DNA of 34,099 nt from Neoconidiobolus thromboides FSU 785. Taxonomy: Eukaryota > Fungi > Entomophthoromycota. Positions 22,034 to 33,477 of the stretch are shown piece by piece. The notes below the pieces were generated by a model, which was not told the DNA's origin, ran no database searches, and worked only from the letters and a program-made list of their open reading frames with translations. Every line of letters begins with the position of its first letter. Position 1 is the stretch's first letter. The position numbers and the translations under genes are program-made. The stretch is from NCBI GenBank assembly GCA_025603075.1, contig MU626463.1:1-34099 (forward strand), given 5' to 3'.

Positions 22034-22971
22034 TGAAGTTGAAGTAAGTTGTGTTTTGGTATTTTTCTAAGCCTGAAATTGAATTAAAAATATTGCTATG
22101 CCAATTTGTTTTACTTATAATGAATATATATGTTCTATTTAAACTTTGCTTATGTTTTAGCTTTAACTTTATAACTATAAAGAATAATTGATAAACTGTG
22201 TTATATTAGTTGATCACTTCTGCTTTAAAACGTATACTTGATTTTGAAAAATATAAAGAACTACTTGAGTTGTAAGTAAAGAAGTTTCATCAGGTAGGTG
22301 TGTATTTAAAATGAACATCCAACATTATAGTAAATTATTATTTCTATGTACCTTGAGAGTCCGAAGCACCAACTGGTTTATTCCTCAAGATAAAAGGAAG
22401 TGTGTAAAATAAAGATACCAGTTAAAGAAAAAATTTAAACTCAGACTCAAACTGAGTGTTTGTTTGGCTTCAGCATGCTTTGGTCTTAGAAGCTTTTACT
22501 TGATAACCTTTACTTCTGTCATATTTTATAAGCTAGTTGTAATAAAGGAAATTGATGGGAAAGCAAAGATGAGATTAATTTTGCTATTAATTAAAAGTTT
22601 AATATAGTAAAAGTACATTGTTCATATACTAGCTTTTATATCAAATGTTAAAAAAGGCAGGAAGAAAGTATCGGAAGCATCGGCTGATTGTTTATATAAA
22701 GACTAAATGTGTGAAAATATAACTTTTAAATCTTTAAATTTAACTTGTATTCATTACAATGCTATGCTATAATGTTTATATATATTGATAAACTACCTAA
22801 TGCTCACAACTTCGTTTTTTATAAAATAACCAAATTTAAATTTTCAAGCTACTTAAAAAGTGGAATACACAATAAAATATAAAACGTAAAACAAAGTAGC
22901 TAAAATTATTTATGTCATTTTTTATTTTTTTATAATAGTAGTTTATTATTATGCTTAATAAAATATAAATA

Positions 22972-23085
22972 GGGGGGTATCTAAATTGAGTTCCATTTTT
23001 TTATCCATTTTTTGAAATTTTATGCTTCAAAAACTGCTTAAAATTTTGCAAAAACAAGCTCTTTAAAAACCAAAGGTACTCCTCA
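22972..23085. mobile_element. MITE-like element, family 2 (114 bp)
   Basis: Termini GGGGGGTATCT ... AGGTACTCCTC (reverse complement GAGGAGTACCT; 8/11 match, all mismatches transitions). Flanks AATA/AACA. Only one copy in the window. Confidence 0.5.
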
Positions 23086-23254
23086 ACACAGTTTTAAATT
23101 ATTTTATTATAATTTGTATTGTAAGTTAGTAGAATTTTTATTAAATTTAGCAGAAATTCCCAGATTAGTAAGGCTTTTACTAATATAACCTACATATTGA
23201 TATTAATTAAAATTGTACCATGTAAATAAATATACATTTCTATAAAAACTTCAT

Positions 23255-24290
23255 TGATAAATATTTATTATTGACTGCTTTATAACCAACATTGTAGATT
23301 TCCTACTATATAAACAAATTATTTTAATATTAGAATTATATTATTGATATATTACTAAGTTAATAAATAGCTCAATATGAGAGAATGGTTGGTCTTAAAG
23401 CTATAATTAACTATCTTTATGTAATACAAGGGATATAGTAATAATTTTTACTTATTGTTATAACTATTTGCTCTTTAACAATTTGTTAAATTAGCTGATA
23501 ATAACTTAAGCAATATTGATATTCAATAATTTATTTTGATCATTTAATAAATTATCTGCTTATTAAATATTGGAACTTTTAAATTTCCTATTATTTTTAT
23601 GATAAGCTGGGACTAATCTTTCGATTTTTCTATTTTCTATAGACTCTATAACTTTAATTAGAATCATACCACTTTTCTTTGATCTATCAGATACTGGATA
23701 ATAATATAGCTTACTATTATTTTTGAAATATCCCTTTGTCAGCTCCATAATTGATTATAGCACAATAACCATTTAAGTTGTTATGTTCTCAGGTTCGGAG
23801 ACAATCAATCCCACGTTCTTAGTTTGATTTTGTATGGGAATTTCTAGCTTCATCCCAAAGAATATTGTTTTCTCATTTTGATATTTGTACTTGCCAGAGT
23901 ATAAAAAAGATTTTAGAGTATAGTAATTCGAGGCTTTTTAACTGAATTATTCCTTGATATCTCATACACTTAATAAAGCCACTAAGTTTTCTCAATAGTG
24001 TCTTATGTAGGTTTTACATTACTATTGTCTATTCTATTTGTCTTACATAGTCCATAGCCTACTATATGGGAGTGTTTTTTTTTACTTCATTATTTTTTCC
24101 ATTTTTTAAGCACTATTTAAGCGGAAAATTTATTAGTAAAATTCTTGAACACAAAAATACATCCACATATGCTATTCTTCATAATTCAAGTCTATTTTAA
24201 TCACACAAACTAAGATCTTTCGACTTAAATTATAGTCAACTAGTCAATAGCTGTTTTTGACTCCAATCACTAAGTGCCAGATCCCATACT
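23255..24290. repeat. Dispersed repeat, copy 2 (contains the MITE copy C insertion)
   Basis: Same orientation as 1-1140; core offset 23043 bp up to the MITE. Confidence 0.9.
24068..24166 (+). mobile_element. MITE family 1, copy C (99 bp), with an empty site at 1021-1024
   Basis: Filled site cctact-ATAT-[GGGAGTG...CATCCAC]-ATAT-gctattc vs empty site cctact-ATAT-gttattc in repeat copy 1. Confidence 0.95.
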
Positions 24291-24335
24291 TGTTGGTTTT
24301 TATTCCCTGTTTCTTTTGAAGCACTAACTTTATAT

Positions 24336-24431
24336 GGTAATATATTTTTTGTTTAATAATTTATTAACAATCTTTCCACTCGAATAGCTCTTAAAAAACG
24401 GATAAAATGATGAAACTAAAAAAACATTCTC
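24336..24431 (-). mobile_element. MITE family 1, copy D (degenerate, inverted)
   Basis: GGTAATATATTTTTTG...AAAAAACATTCTC, flanked by ATAT/ATAC. Internal ACAATCTTTCCACTCGAATAG matches copy B. Confidence 0.7.
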
Positions 24432-24736
24432 ATACATTGCTTGATTAAGCCTATTATTTCTGATAGTAAACTTTAATATAAAAAAAATTGTTTTATTATA
24501 AAATCTTATAAAATCTGGTTTATTATAAATAGTTATTAAAATTGATGTAAATAAATCACAATGTATATATAATGTACTTTTCCTTATTATATTGAACTTT
24601 TTATTAAAATAAAAATAAAATGTGAGCTTTTATAACCAAATTTTAAAATAAATTTTTCAAAAAATAAAGTCAGATAATTGTATATTTATATATTAAATAT
24701 CTATTAAATATTTAACAAAAATAATATAAAGCATAT

Positions 24737-24816
24737 GGGGGTGTTTTTTTTACTTCATTACTTTTTATGTCTTTTAAGCGCTATTTGAGCAGAAATATTG
24801 CTAGTAAAATTCTTAA
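24737..24816 (+). mobile_element. MITE family 1, copy E (3'-truncated)
   Basis: ATAT then GGGGGTGTTTTTTTTACTTCATT...CTAGTAAAATTCTTAA; the right TIR is missing. Confidence 0.75.
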
Positions 24817-25623
24817 GAAATACCTAATATTAATATTATATAAGAGACTATTTTTTTATTTAAGAAATTGAACTTTAATGCAAGTTATTCTAATTGGTTG
24901 AAAAAATCAAATTAATAAAAAGTTATTTATAGTAACTAAGTTGTTAAAAATTAAAAATTAAAAATTAATAATACGATACTTTTTTATAAATAGCGTTCTA
25001 AAGGATTTGCTTTTATAAAAAGACAAGCTATAAGGTTTATATATTTTTTTTTTAATAAATTCATCTTTAAATATTTCATGTTACACTTTTTTTCTGCTAC
25101 TGTAAATCTATACGAAAAACAAGTGAATTTTTTAATTTGATATTATTCTAGTTTAAATTTAACATATTAGTATTAAAATTTTATAAATTAAAAAACAGTA
25201 ACAAGATCAGATTTACTTGTGTTTAGTTCAAATTGGAAAAGCTTTTTGAAGTGGATAATATTTAATTAATAATTGCAGTTTATTAATGTAATAATAAAAT
25301 AATACTAAATAATATTATTCTATGTCAGATTTTAAAAATACTTTTATTTTGTTTAATAATTATTTTTTTTTATATATTATAAGGTATATAGGATTAAAGC
25401 AGTTTACTATCATATTGAAGTATATTTAATTTAGATGGAAATTTAATTGTATTTGAATATTTTTAATTTAAGGGTAACTGATTTTTAAATTAGGACTTTT
25501 AACTATAGTAATTATTAAGATTGGCTAGTACTATTTCTATTTAGGTTATTTTAGCCAACCATAATGAAAAGGACTTAATTCTAAAAAAGCTAATTTTACA
25601 GCCAAAAAACTAGCCAATCGAAT

Positions 25624-26402
25624 ATGATTTCGAATTCCTGGATGTTTAACTTAGAATCATGTATCAACCTGTCTTTCACACCAAAACCAATATCCAAAAA
25701 CATACTAATACGGAATCCAATATTTCTGTTAAAGGTTTAATTCCAGACGATTCTATTGCCACCTTCGCTTGATATAAATTTAGAAATTAAAGAAAGATTT
25801 AAATTTAGGGTTGAGTATCTTGGAAATCTGAAGCAATTTCAAGTATAAGATTAATATATTATCTTGGTCTTTTTGTTTCAATGATAGTGGTTATGATGAT
25901 ATGAAATTATTTGAAAATGGCAATATTATTAGATTAAACTATTTCAACTCATAATATTTATCAGTTGACTATGTTTTTTTTAATTTATCGACATTAGAAA
26001 AGTTATTTTAGTTGCCTATCATTCGATTTAGTACGTTCAGCTCATTCTTTCTCAAACGTTCAAGTTCATTTTAACCTTTGGCTTTTTAATATGAATGTTG
26101 AGATATTCGATAAATATAAGTCAGATAAGAACAAACTTCATCTTAGAAAATATAATCCAATAAAATGTAAAACGGCTAATCATCTTAAGGCCAATGAACT
26201 TCATGTTACTCTCGAAGATTTCCTTTGTTTCCTTTCCTTTCTCAAGAATATTGAGATATTGATTATTAAGGATTCTAAAATTATCAATATTAAAGGAAGT
26301 CGTGATTATAAACTTACTACTATATTATTACTTATTACAAATTATGTTGATATGGACAATACTACTTGTGAAAAAATTAAAAGTATTCCAATGCCAAGGT
26401 GA
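25624..26402 (+). pseudogene. Decayed, 5'-truncated F-box/LRR-like gene 2
   Basis: Shares collinear blocks with gene 1: KLFENGNIIRLNYFNS vs KVFENSNIAIFGYFNS; KYNPIKCKTANHL vs KHDWIKCKFIRQL; DYKLTTILLLITNY...IKSIPMPR vs DYRLTTSLLFIATY...IENIPMLG. Several stops and frameshifts. No F-box region found upstream. Confidence 0.65.
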
Positions 26403-26887
26403 TTAAAATTATAAAACTTATCTTTCTCATTTTTAATGCCTGTAACCAAACTAAAAATAATATTATATTAAATTAATTTTATTTAGTAATTCTGTTCTGC
26501 TATTATCAACTTTGTTTTAGAATTTGACTTTTTCAATAGCATTAAATGCTTGAAGCTATCCGAGGTTTTTAACTATAAAAAGTTCCGTTAAATTAAACTA
26601 GACTAAGACTTGATTTAGAGTTTAGAATCTATCTTAAATAATGATACCTCATCCTTCCTTTTCTAAAAGGAATTTCCATATTTTCTTTCACAGCATCTTG
26701 ATCATTGACATGCGTTTATTTTCCTATTATTCGAAATAAAAACAAGGTTTGTCTTGAATTTAAAAATAAATAGCAATCATCATATTATCTGGTCCTTCTT
26801 TTATTATATAAATGTAAAACTAGTAGAAGCTAATCTATAAGTAAAAATCATTGAAATAAACTATCAAGATGCAACTTGATCAAAATT

Positions 26888-27737
26888 TTATTCCTCTTCA
26901 GGATCGCTCGAGTAATTGCATAATTCCATAAAAGGGGAATGGGTTTTCTTATTAGTATCATCCATTATAGCTTCCATTTTATTCTCTTTAGTCATATCGT
27001 TCTCCTTATCCTTATTTGTATCTACTTTTGTATTTGTATCATCAGTATTGTTATTATCTTTAGGTTCAATTTTGGTTTTAATTAATTTTGAAAATAATGG
27101 ATTAGTTTTCTTTTTGCTACTATTCGTATTGATATTTTGTTTATCTGCTGGATTTTTTTTAATGACAAAAGTAGCTGGCACTTCTTTTTTTATATCAAGT
27201 TTTGGTATTTTAGTGACATTATTATTAGCTACCAATCTAAAAGAACTTAATTCAAAAATTTGATAAAACCAATCTTACTTACTCTTTGAACTTTAAAACT
27301 TCTTCTTTTTCTTTTGTTTCTAGTTCTAGCTTGATCCTCTTTTCTTTTTCTATTAACTCAATTAAATACTCAGATTCATCTTCATCCAATCGATGAATCC
27401 TATTTCCTATGGAAAAATTAATTTTATTTTATTCTATGCTGTTCTTTTGTTTAGCTTACCAAGTTTATTAGCTTCTTCAATAGCTTCTTCTTTTTTAGCT
27501 CTCTGCTCTTTTAATCTTTCAAATAGAGTACGTGGATCATAATTCGATTCTTTAGTATCTAAATGTAATCTGATTAATAAAATTAATTTAAATGAACTAT
27601 TTTTTTAAAAATAGTTAAAAATATTGAATAAATAAATAAAGTTAGTTACTTGAAATGCCGCTTTCTTCTCTTCTTTTTTTGATCTCTTCTAATGTATTCT
27701 CTGATACAAAACTCCTTGATTGATTTTTATTCTCCAT
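26888..27737 (-). CDS. FAM192A/PSME3IP1 (NIP30)/Fyv6-like nuclear protein, four exons
   Basis: Spliced translation MENKNQSRSFVSENTLEEIKKRREE.../YDPRTLFERLKEQRAKKEEAIEEANKL/GNRIHRLDEDESEYLIEL... matches the family signature YDPRSLYERLQEQ...RGLDEDE. The last exon is the 26888-27235 ORF. Confidence 0.85.
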
Positions 27738-27899
27738 TGAATCTTATTATTATTTTTACAAATTAAAGAAATTGAGATACAAAAAATTCAAGTAGATTAT
27801 TTATCCTTTTGCAGCTTTTTTGCTTTTATTATAAGAAAAGATCAAAATCAGAAATTCTAAATATAGTAAATTATGCGAAAATAATATTTATTATTGCTA

Positions 27900-29024
27900 T
27901 TACATTTGTTTAATTCTAATAGCGGTAGTTTCCTCAACTTCAGATAAAGTAAAACGTGTGTCATTACTATCAATAACGGTAAAAGAAGAAGTAGTGGTAA
28001 TAGAAGTTAAAGGAGCGGTAGAGGAGCGCTTAAGGTCGGAGCCTAATTTTAAACTAGATAGCCACCGAGCTCCATTTATAGCTGGCTTATTATCACTGCT
28101 ATTACCAGTAACTTGAAATATGCTACCATTCGACTTTCTTAATTCATATTCATATAAGATATGTGGAATAGCAGGATCAAACATAAAACAAATAAAGTTT
28201 AACCAACCAGCTGAAGAACTTAATACATCAGCAAAACAATCTGAGGCTACAGTTCCTACGTAATTCTCATCGATATATAACTCAGAAATAACAACAAATG
28301 GAAACTGAGTTATTAATGGGATAATGGCGTAACTCATTAATCTTCTAGCTAATAAATCCATATGATTATTTAGGTTGACACTATTACTTTGTACATTACT
28401 ATTATTGTAAACTATCTTTTTGGCTCTTAAAGTTAAGTATGTTTTTATAAAAATATAAGCACAATAGCAGCAACAAAGGGTAACCGGGATAACAAATACC
28501 GAGTGAAAGTAAATAAATCCCCATGGTGCTATTTTATAAGCTTTTAAACCATAGCAGTTGTTAGTTAGGTATGAATATATAATTGAAGGCACGTAAAATA
28601 CAAGGCAAATAGCAAGTGTACCCAAAGCGTAAATCCAATGATTTGCAATCCTTAATACTTTCTTTTTCAAAAACACGGTTTGTAAATTATAAGCCAGACA
28701 TGTGGTTAAAAAGACAAACCATACATTAACGATATGCTGAGTATGAGTCGCAAGAATACAAAAGTCCATGTTTTCTTCAAGTACTTCTCTTATATCCTCT
28801 GGAGCATCTCTATCAATAAGCTTTTGCGTTTGTGCTAAGACTAAGGTACTATATATGATATCTGAAATAGCTATCCAAATATATATCTTATAACTTAGTC
28901 TATCCGCAGCTTTGAATTTTAGTAGGCGTGTTACTAATATAAAAAGAAGTAATGCAATTGCCCCAATAATCGAGATAATATTATTATATTTTGTTACTAC
29001 TCTTGCAATTTGAAAAGGAAGCAT
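27900..29024 (-). CDS. 7TM GPCR-like protein (cAMP receptor-like/Git3-like), paralog 2, intronless
   Basis: Collinear with 17958-19079 (roughly 60% aa identity by eye), with the same TM motifs and the C-terminus TAIR(I/M)KQM. Confidence 0.85.
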   Translation of the reverse strand: MLPFQIARVVTKYNNIISIIGAIALLLFILVTRLLKFKAADRLSYKIYIWIAISDIIYSTLVLAQTQKLIDRDAPEDIREVLEENMDFCILATHTQHIVNVWFVFLTTCLAYNLQTVFLKKKVLRIANHWIYALGTLAICLVFYVPSIIYSYLTNNCYGLKAYKIAPWGFIYFHSVFVIPVTLCCCYCAYIFIKTYLTLRAKKIVYNNSNVQSNSVNLNNHMDLLARRLMSYAIIPLITQFPFVVISELYIDENYVGTVASDCFADVLSSSAGWLNFICFMFDPAIPHILYEYELRKSNGSIFQVTGNSSDNKPAINGARWLSSLKLGSDLKRSSTAPLTSITTTSSFTVIDSNDTRFTLSEVEETTAIRIKQM

Positions 29025-30280
29025 TATTATATTTATTAATTTTTTATACTTTTTTGACTCATTTGCTTTTTACTTATATATGTTTTTGTTAATAATTAAC
29101 ACCTCTTTAATTTTCATTCCCATTTTGAAGGGATTAATAGATAGGGTAAAAACATTAAGATACGATACATATAAAAGTGATCCTAAAAGAACTAAATAAA
29201 ATATACTATTTCCATGTATAAAAAATAGTACTATGGTTCTATACATTTGTTATCCTTTGACTTTAGGAGTATCACATTGCACTAACATAATAACATTGCT
29301 AGTATTATTATGCATCATTAAAGTGATCCTAATACATCATCCAATCCATCCTACTTTTTATTTTTATTTTAAAAAAATAAACTCAGCTACATCTTACTAT
29401 ATTAAGCTTTATATTGTTTCCTTTTTGGATGGAAGTATATGCCAATCGATTTTCTTACATCTCATTCCACTATAGCCAACTTATTGTTTAAAGGCCGCTA
29501 TCTTTCTCTACACAGTATAGTTATAATATAAGTTCCTATTCTAAAATTATATTCCACACCAATTTGCTTTCTATCATCAATAACTATCAATATAAAAACG
29601 GAAGAACGAAAATTTTCACTTAAAATTTGCTAACATTGTTTCCAAATAAATGCGCTTTTTCAAAAAAAAGGATTTTAAAAAATGATGTAGAAATAGGAGA
29701 TAATCAAATAACCCTTGTTTTATATGCTCTAAAGCTTCCCCTTTTAATATACCATACTGTTTAATAATAGTTTTGAGAGTTTAAGGAATACTAAAATTAC
29801 AAATGTATAGCATAAAGCCGAAAATTTGAGCTTAGCTCCATCCCATGATAAGAATATCAATTAAATACCATATCAATTGTCTTCGAATATCAACAATACC
29901 ATTAATATATTCAAAGACTAGTATCTTTATTCTATCCTATTCTTACCATATAAAACTATTATTGGATAGATCTTAGATCTTATAAGCAATTAAATTAGTT
30001 AAATAGAATTTAATATTTTAGTCTCAAAGTAACTAATTAAAATAATCTTTCTAAAATAGCAACTCAAACAAAGCTGTTCAACCCTTTAAATACCAAATTT
30101 CTTTTTAAAAAATGTCTAGAGTGAAATTTATTTTATAAAAATAACCAATTGGACAAAAAAATTAGATAATTGTACTAACCCTGACAATTATTTTCTCCCA
30201 AATTATACTTTGACTTGAAATTCAAATAGTAAACAAATCTATATGGTCTACAAAGGGTTAAGGCGAGTTTAAATTAAATT

Positions 30281-30289
30281 AGCCAATCA
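30281..30289 (+). promoter_or_regulatory. CCAAT box (NF-Y/HAP-type) upstream of WBP1
   Basis: AGCCAATCA, ~90 bp upstream of the WBP1 ATG. Confidence 0.45.
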
Positions 30290-30378
30290 ATAAAAACTAC
30301 GAGTAGTATTGATAATTTTAAATATTTAATATAAATTTTATCTTTTTTTAAATATTATAATTATTAGTAATTGAAAAA

Positions 30379-32003
30379 ATGAAACTGTTGAATTTTTCAG
30401 CTATTTCTATACTAATTAGTGGGATAGCAAGTTCATTATCTTACAGTGGGAATAAAGTTTTATTTATAGGCGATAATGACTTCGTTATGGAAGACTATTC
30501 TCAATTTATTAGTAGTTTGAAAGGTAAAATTAATATTGGTAATTATTTAATATTAATCCATTTATATACTTTTAAACAATAGATCGTGATTATGATATAA
30601 CCTTCGTTAAAGCACAAGAAGAGGATGTGAAATTGATGAACTTTGAGACTAAAAATTATGATCATTTGATTTTGTTCTCCCCAAAAGTCACTGGTAAATT
30701 GATTTATCTGCTTTTAATATTTTATGTGTTTATAAAAAAAAAACATAGCTTATGGAGGTGGACTAAGTGAAAAAGAGATCATTGAATTTGTAGATCAAGG
30801 AGGAAATTTGTTATTGGCAGCCAATAACGATTTATCTAAGCTATATCAAAATGTAGCGTATCAATTTGGAGTTCAGTTTGATGTTAAAGGTAGTAAAGTA
30901 TTAGACCCATTTAACTATAATGTTGTCAACAATGATGATGAGGATCATGAATATATACTAAGTGAAGATATAAATTATTCTAATTATTTTTCAGAAGAAT
31001 ATAAGATTCAAGCACCAATTTTGTTTAAGGGAGTTGGCCATAGTATTAATAATAGTAACAATAATAAAGTTCGATCCATTTTAAAATCTACTGTGTCTTC
31101 TTTTTCATTAAAGCCAAGTAGTTCGGACACTACCTCTCTGTTTGGCCATGAAATTAGCCTAATCTCTGCTCTTCAAACTAGCAATAATGCTAGAGTTACT
31201 ATATTTGGTTCTACTGAAATGTTTTCAGATAAGTAAGTAATAATCACATTTAAATTAATACCAAATTAAATTTTAAATAGGTTTGTCAATGACAAAATAA
31301 TTAAGAAACTCAATAATGGCGAAAAATCAGCGTAATGATAATACTATTCATAATAATTCAGTTACTAATTATTCAATTTAGTGCAATTGATTCGGACAAT
31401 CTTAATTTTATTAAACAAATTACTAAATGGAATTTTCAAGAGTTTGGTGTTATAAAATGTATGGGTATTAATCATCATAGAATTAATGAAGTTGAAGCTC
31501 CAAGTAATTATCGTATTAATGATGAAATTGTAAGTAATATTTATAATTTAAAGTATAAATTTATCTCTTTTTATAAATAGAAATATAGCATAAAATTAGC
31601 AGAGTATAGCAATAATACATGGTTACCATTCCAAAAGAAAGATATACAATTGGAGATCATAATGTTGGACCCATATATACGTACTTATTTAGCTTTTGAG
31701 AAAGTAGAGACGGATAAAGATGGTAACTCGTATTCAATTTATAGTACACAAGTTAAATTACCGGATGTTTATGGTGTATTTACATTTAAAGTGGATTATC
31801 AAAGAGAAGGTTTTTCTTATATTTTTGAAAAAAATGTAGTTCCTGTTCATCCTTTCCGTCATAATGAGTACCCTCGTTTCCTTACTCCTGCTTTCCCTTA
31901 CTATCTTTCTACTGCTTCTATGGGTATATCTTTTGTCCTTTTCTCAATCATTTGGTTATTTTATAAGGAAGACCTCACTCCTTCAAAAAAGAAAAATCAA
32001 TAA
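30379..32003 (+). CDS. WBP1: Oligosaccharyltransferase subunit WBP1/OST48 (DDOST), multi-exon
   Basis: Signal peptide; YDHLILFSP, EFVDQGGNLLLAA, ALQTSNNARVTIFGSTEMFSD, MLDPYIR, LPDVYGVFTFKVDYQREG, RHNEYPRFLTPAFPYY; C-terminal TM followed by a KKXX retrieval signal (KKNQ*). Confidence 0.95.
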
Positions 32004-32119
32004 TTAAAATAGCAAAATTTAATTTGCTTGCTCATGAATTATATTTAACTAAATAATATCATTACTACAATTAATTTTCTGTATCATTTTTATGAGAATC
32101 TTATTAAGTAACAATATAT

Positions 32120-32216
32120 GAGGATGTATTTTTTTATTTAAGAATTTTACTAACAATTTTTCTACTAAAATGGCGCTTAAAAGATGGAAAAGTAATGAAG
32201 TCAAAAAAACGCTCTT
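32120..32216 (-). mobile_element. MITE family 1, copy F (inverted)
   Basis: GAGGATGTATTTTTTT...CAAAAAAACGCTCTT, flanked by ATAT/ATAT. Confidence 0.85.
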
Positions 32217-32819
32217 ATATAGTACCTATAAAATTTTATATTTTGAAATAAAAGCTTAAACTATGAGTTAAAAACAATAGTCATCGATTCAATTATGAAT
32301 AGAATATGTTAGGTAAGTAAAATATATTGCTATCTATAAACCCCTATTGACTATGGACTTATTATTGAACATAAAGCCTTTTCATGAAGTAATTTTTTGT
32401 CTTTGTCGAATTAATAAAAACACAGGTTTTAAGATTTTTTAAAGAATAGTAATGGCTAATTTAATCTAATTGTAATATTAATAGTTTATTTTTAAGTGAA
32501 ATATTATAAGATGCTAAAATCCGATAAGGTACTAAAATTTTATAAACTGCATAAATGATTCTATCAATTGCTGTATAAATTTTAATTCAAATGTCATAAC
32601 CTTTAAAAAATATTAAGTCTTTTAAAAAACAACTACAAGTTATAAGTTGATCAAAAGAGATTAAAATATGGTATTATGTTAAATTTGTATATACAAACTT
32701 ATTAAACATTTAGTATTATAGTGAGAGACACAGTCGTCTTAACGTTTAAAGAAATATAGAAACGAAAACCAGGTAGAGAATCATATAAAAAAAACATTTT
32801 AACCATTCAAACAAAATAA

Positions 32820-32918
32820 AGGGATGTATTTTTGTATTTAAGAATTTTACTATCAATTTTGCCGCTTAAACAGCGCTTAAAAGATGGGAAAGGTGATGAA
32901 GCCAAAAAAGACATCTCC
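32820..32918 (-). mobile_element. MITE family 1, copy G (inverted, 99 bp)
   Basis: AGGGATGTATTTTTG...AAAAAAGACATCTCC, flanked by ATAA/ATAA. Confidence 0.85.
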
Positions 32919-33129
32919 ATAAAATTGCGATTGTTATTAAAGCCTTCGTAGAAGCTAAACCGGTTGTCATGAGAGTAGTGCTAGTATTTTATAAATCAGA
33001 TTTTTGGTAAAGAATGATTTTTATTTTATAGAAATTGTTGGTAAAATTTTAAACTTAAATTCAAATGTCGAACTACTTTTTATATTTATATATCTATTAA
33101 ATTTCTACTAAAGTCAAATTAAGATAGGA

Positions 33130-33145
33130 TTAGGGTTAGGGTTAG
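33130..33145 (+). repeat. Short interstitial telomere-like repeat TTAGGGTTAGGGTTAG
   Basis: 2.7 perfect TTAGGG units, preceded by a degenerate ATAGGA. Confidence 0.5.
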
Positions 33146-33477
33146 TGATAAATATTTAAAATGTTTTAATTTTAATTTAGCTGGCATTTTTTTGAACGAT
33201 CGATCTATTTCGTTACTTAAAAAGGAGGATTTTTATTAGGGGATAAAATAGCATCATCACTCCCACAACATAACCATTGAGCCCTTGGCTTCTCAATAAA
33301 AGCTAAATTATAAAAAAAATTAAAAGGAATTTTCCTTCAAAATTTTATTGAAGCCATTTGCATTGATAATTTTTTATAAGGAAAGTATTAGTATTTAATA
33401 TCAACTAATTTATAATAAAAACTATTTCATGATTCTATGAAAAGCTCATACGTTGTTATTATTAGTTAGAGTTAACA

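Noticed and set aside
24064-24170. Alternative reading of the MITE as TGGGG...CCCCA with a TA TSD (Tc1/mariner-like)
   Set aside because: It fits the ATAT sites but not copy A (ACAT/ACAT) or copy G (ATAA/ATAA), which match exactly only as 4-bp duplications.
29233-29475. 80-aa ORF upstream of GPCR2
   Set aside because: The paralogous region upstream of GPCR1 is alignable but does not keep the ORF.
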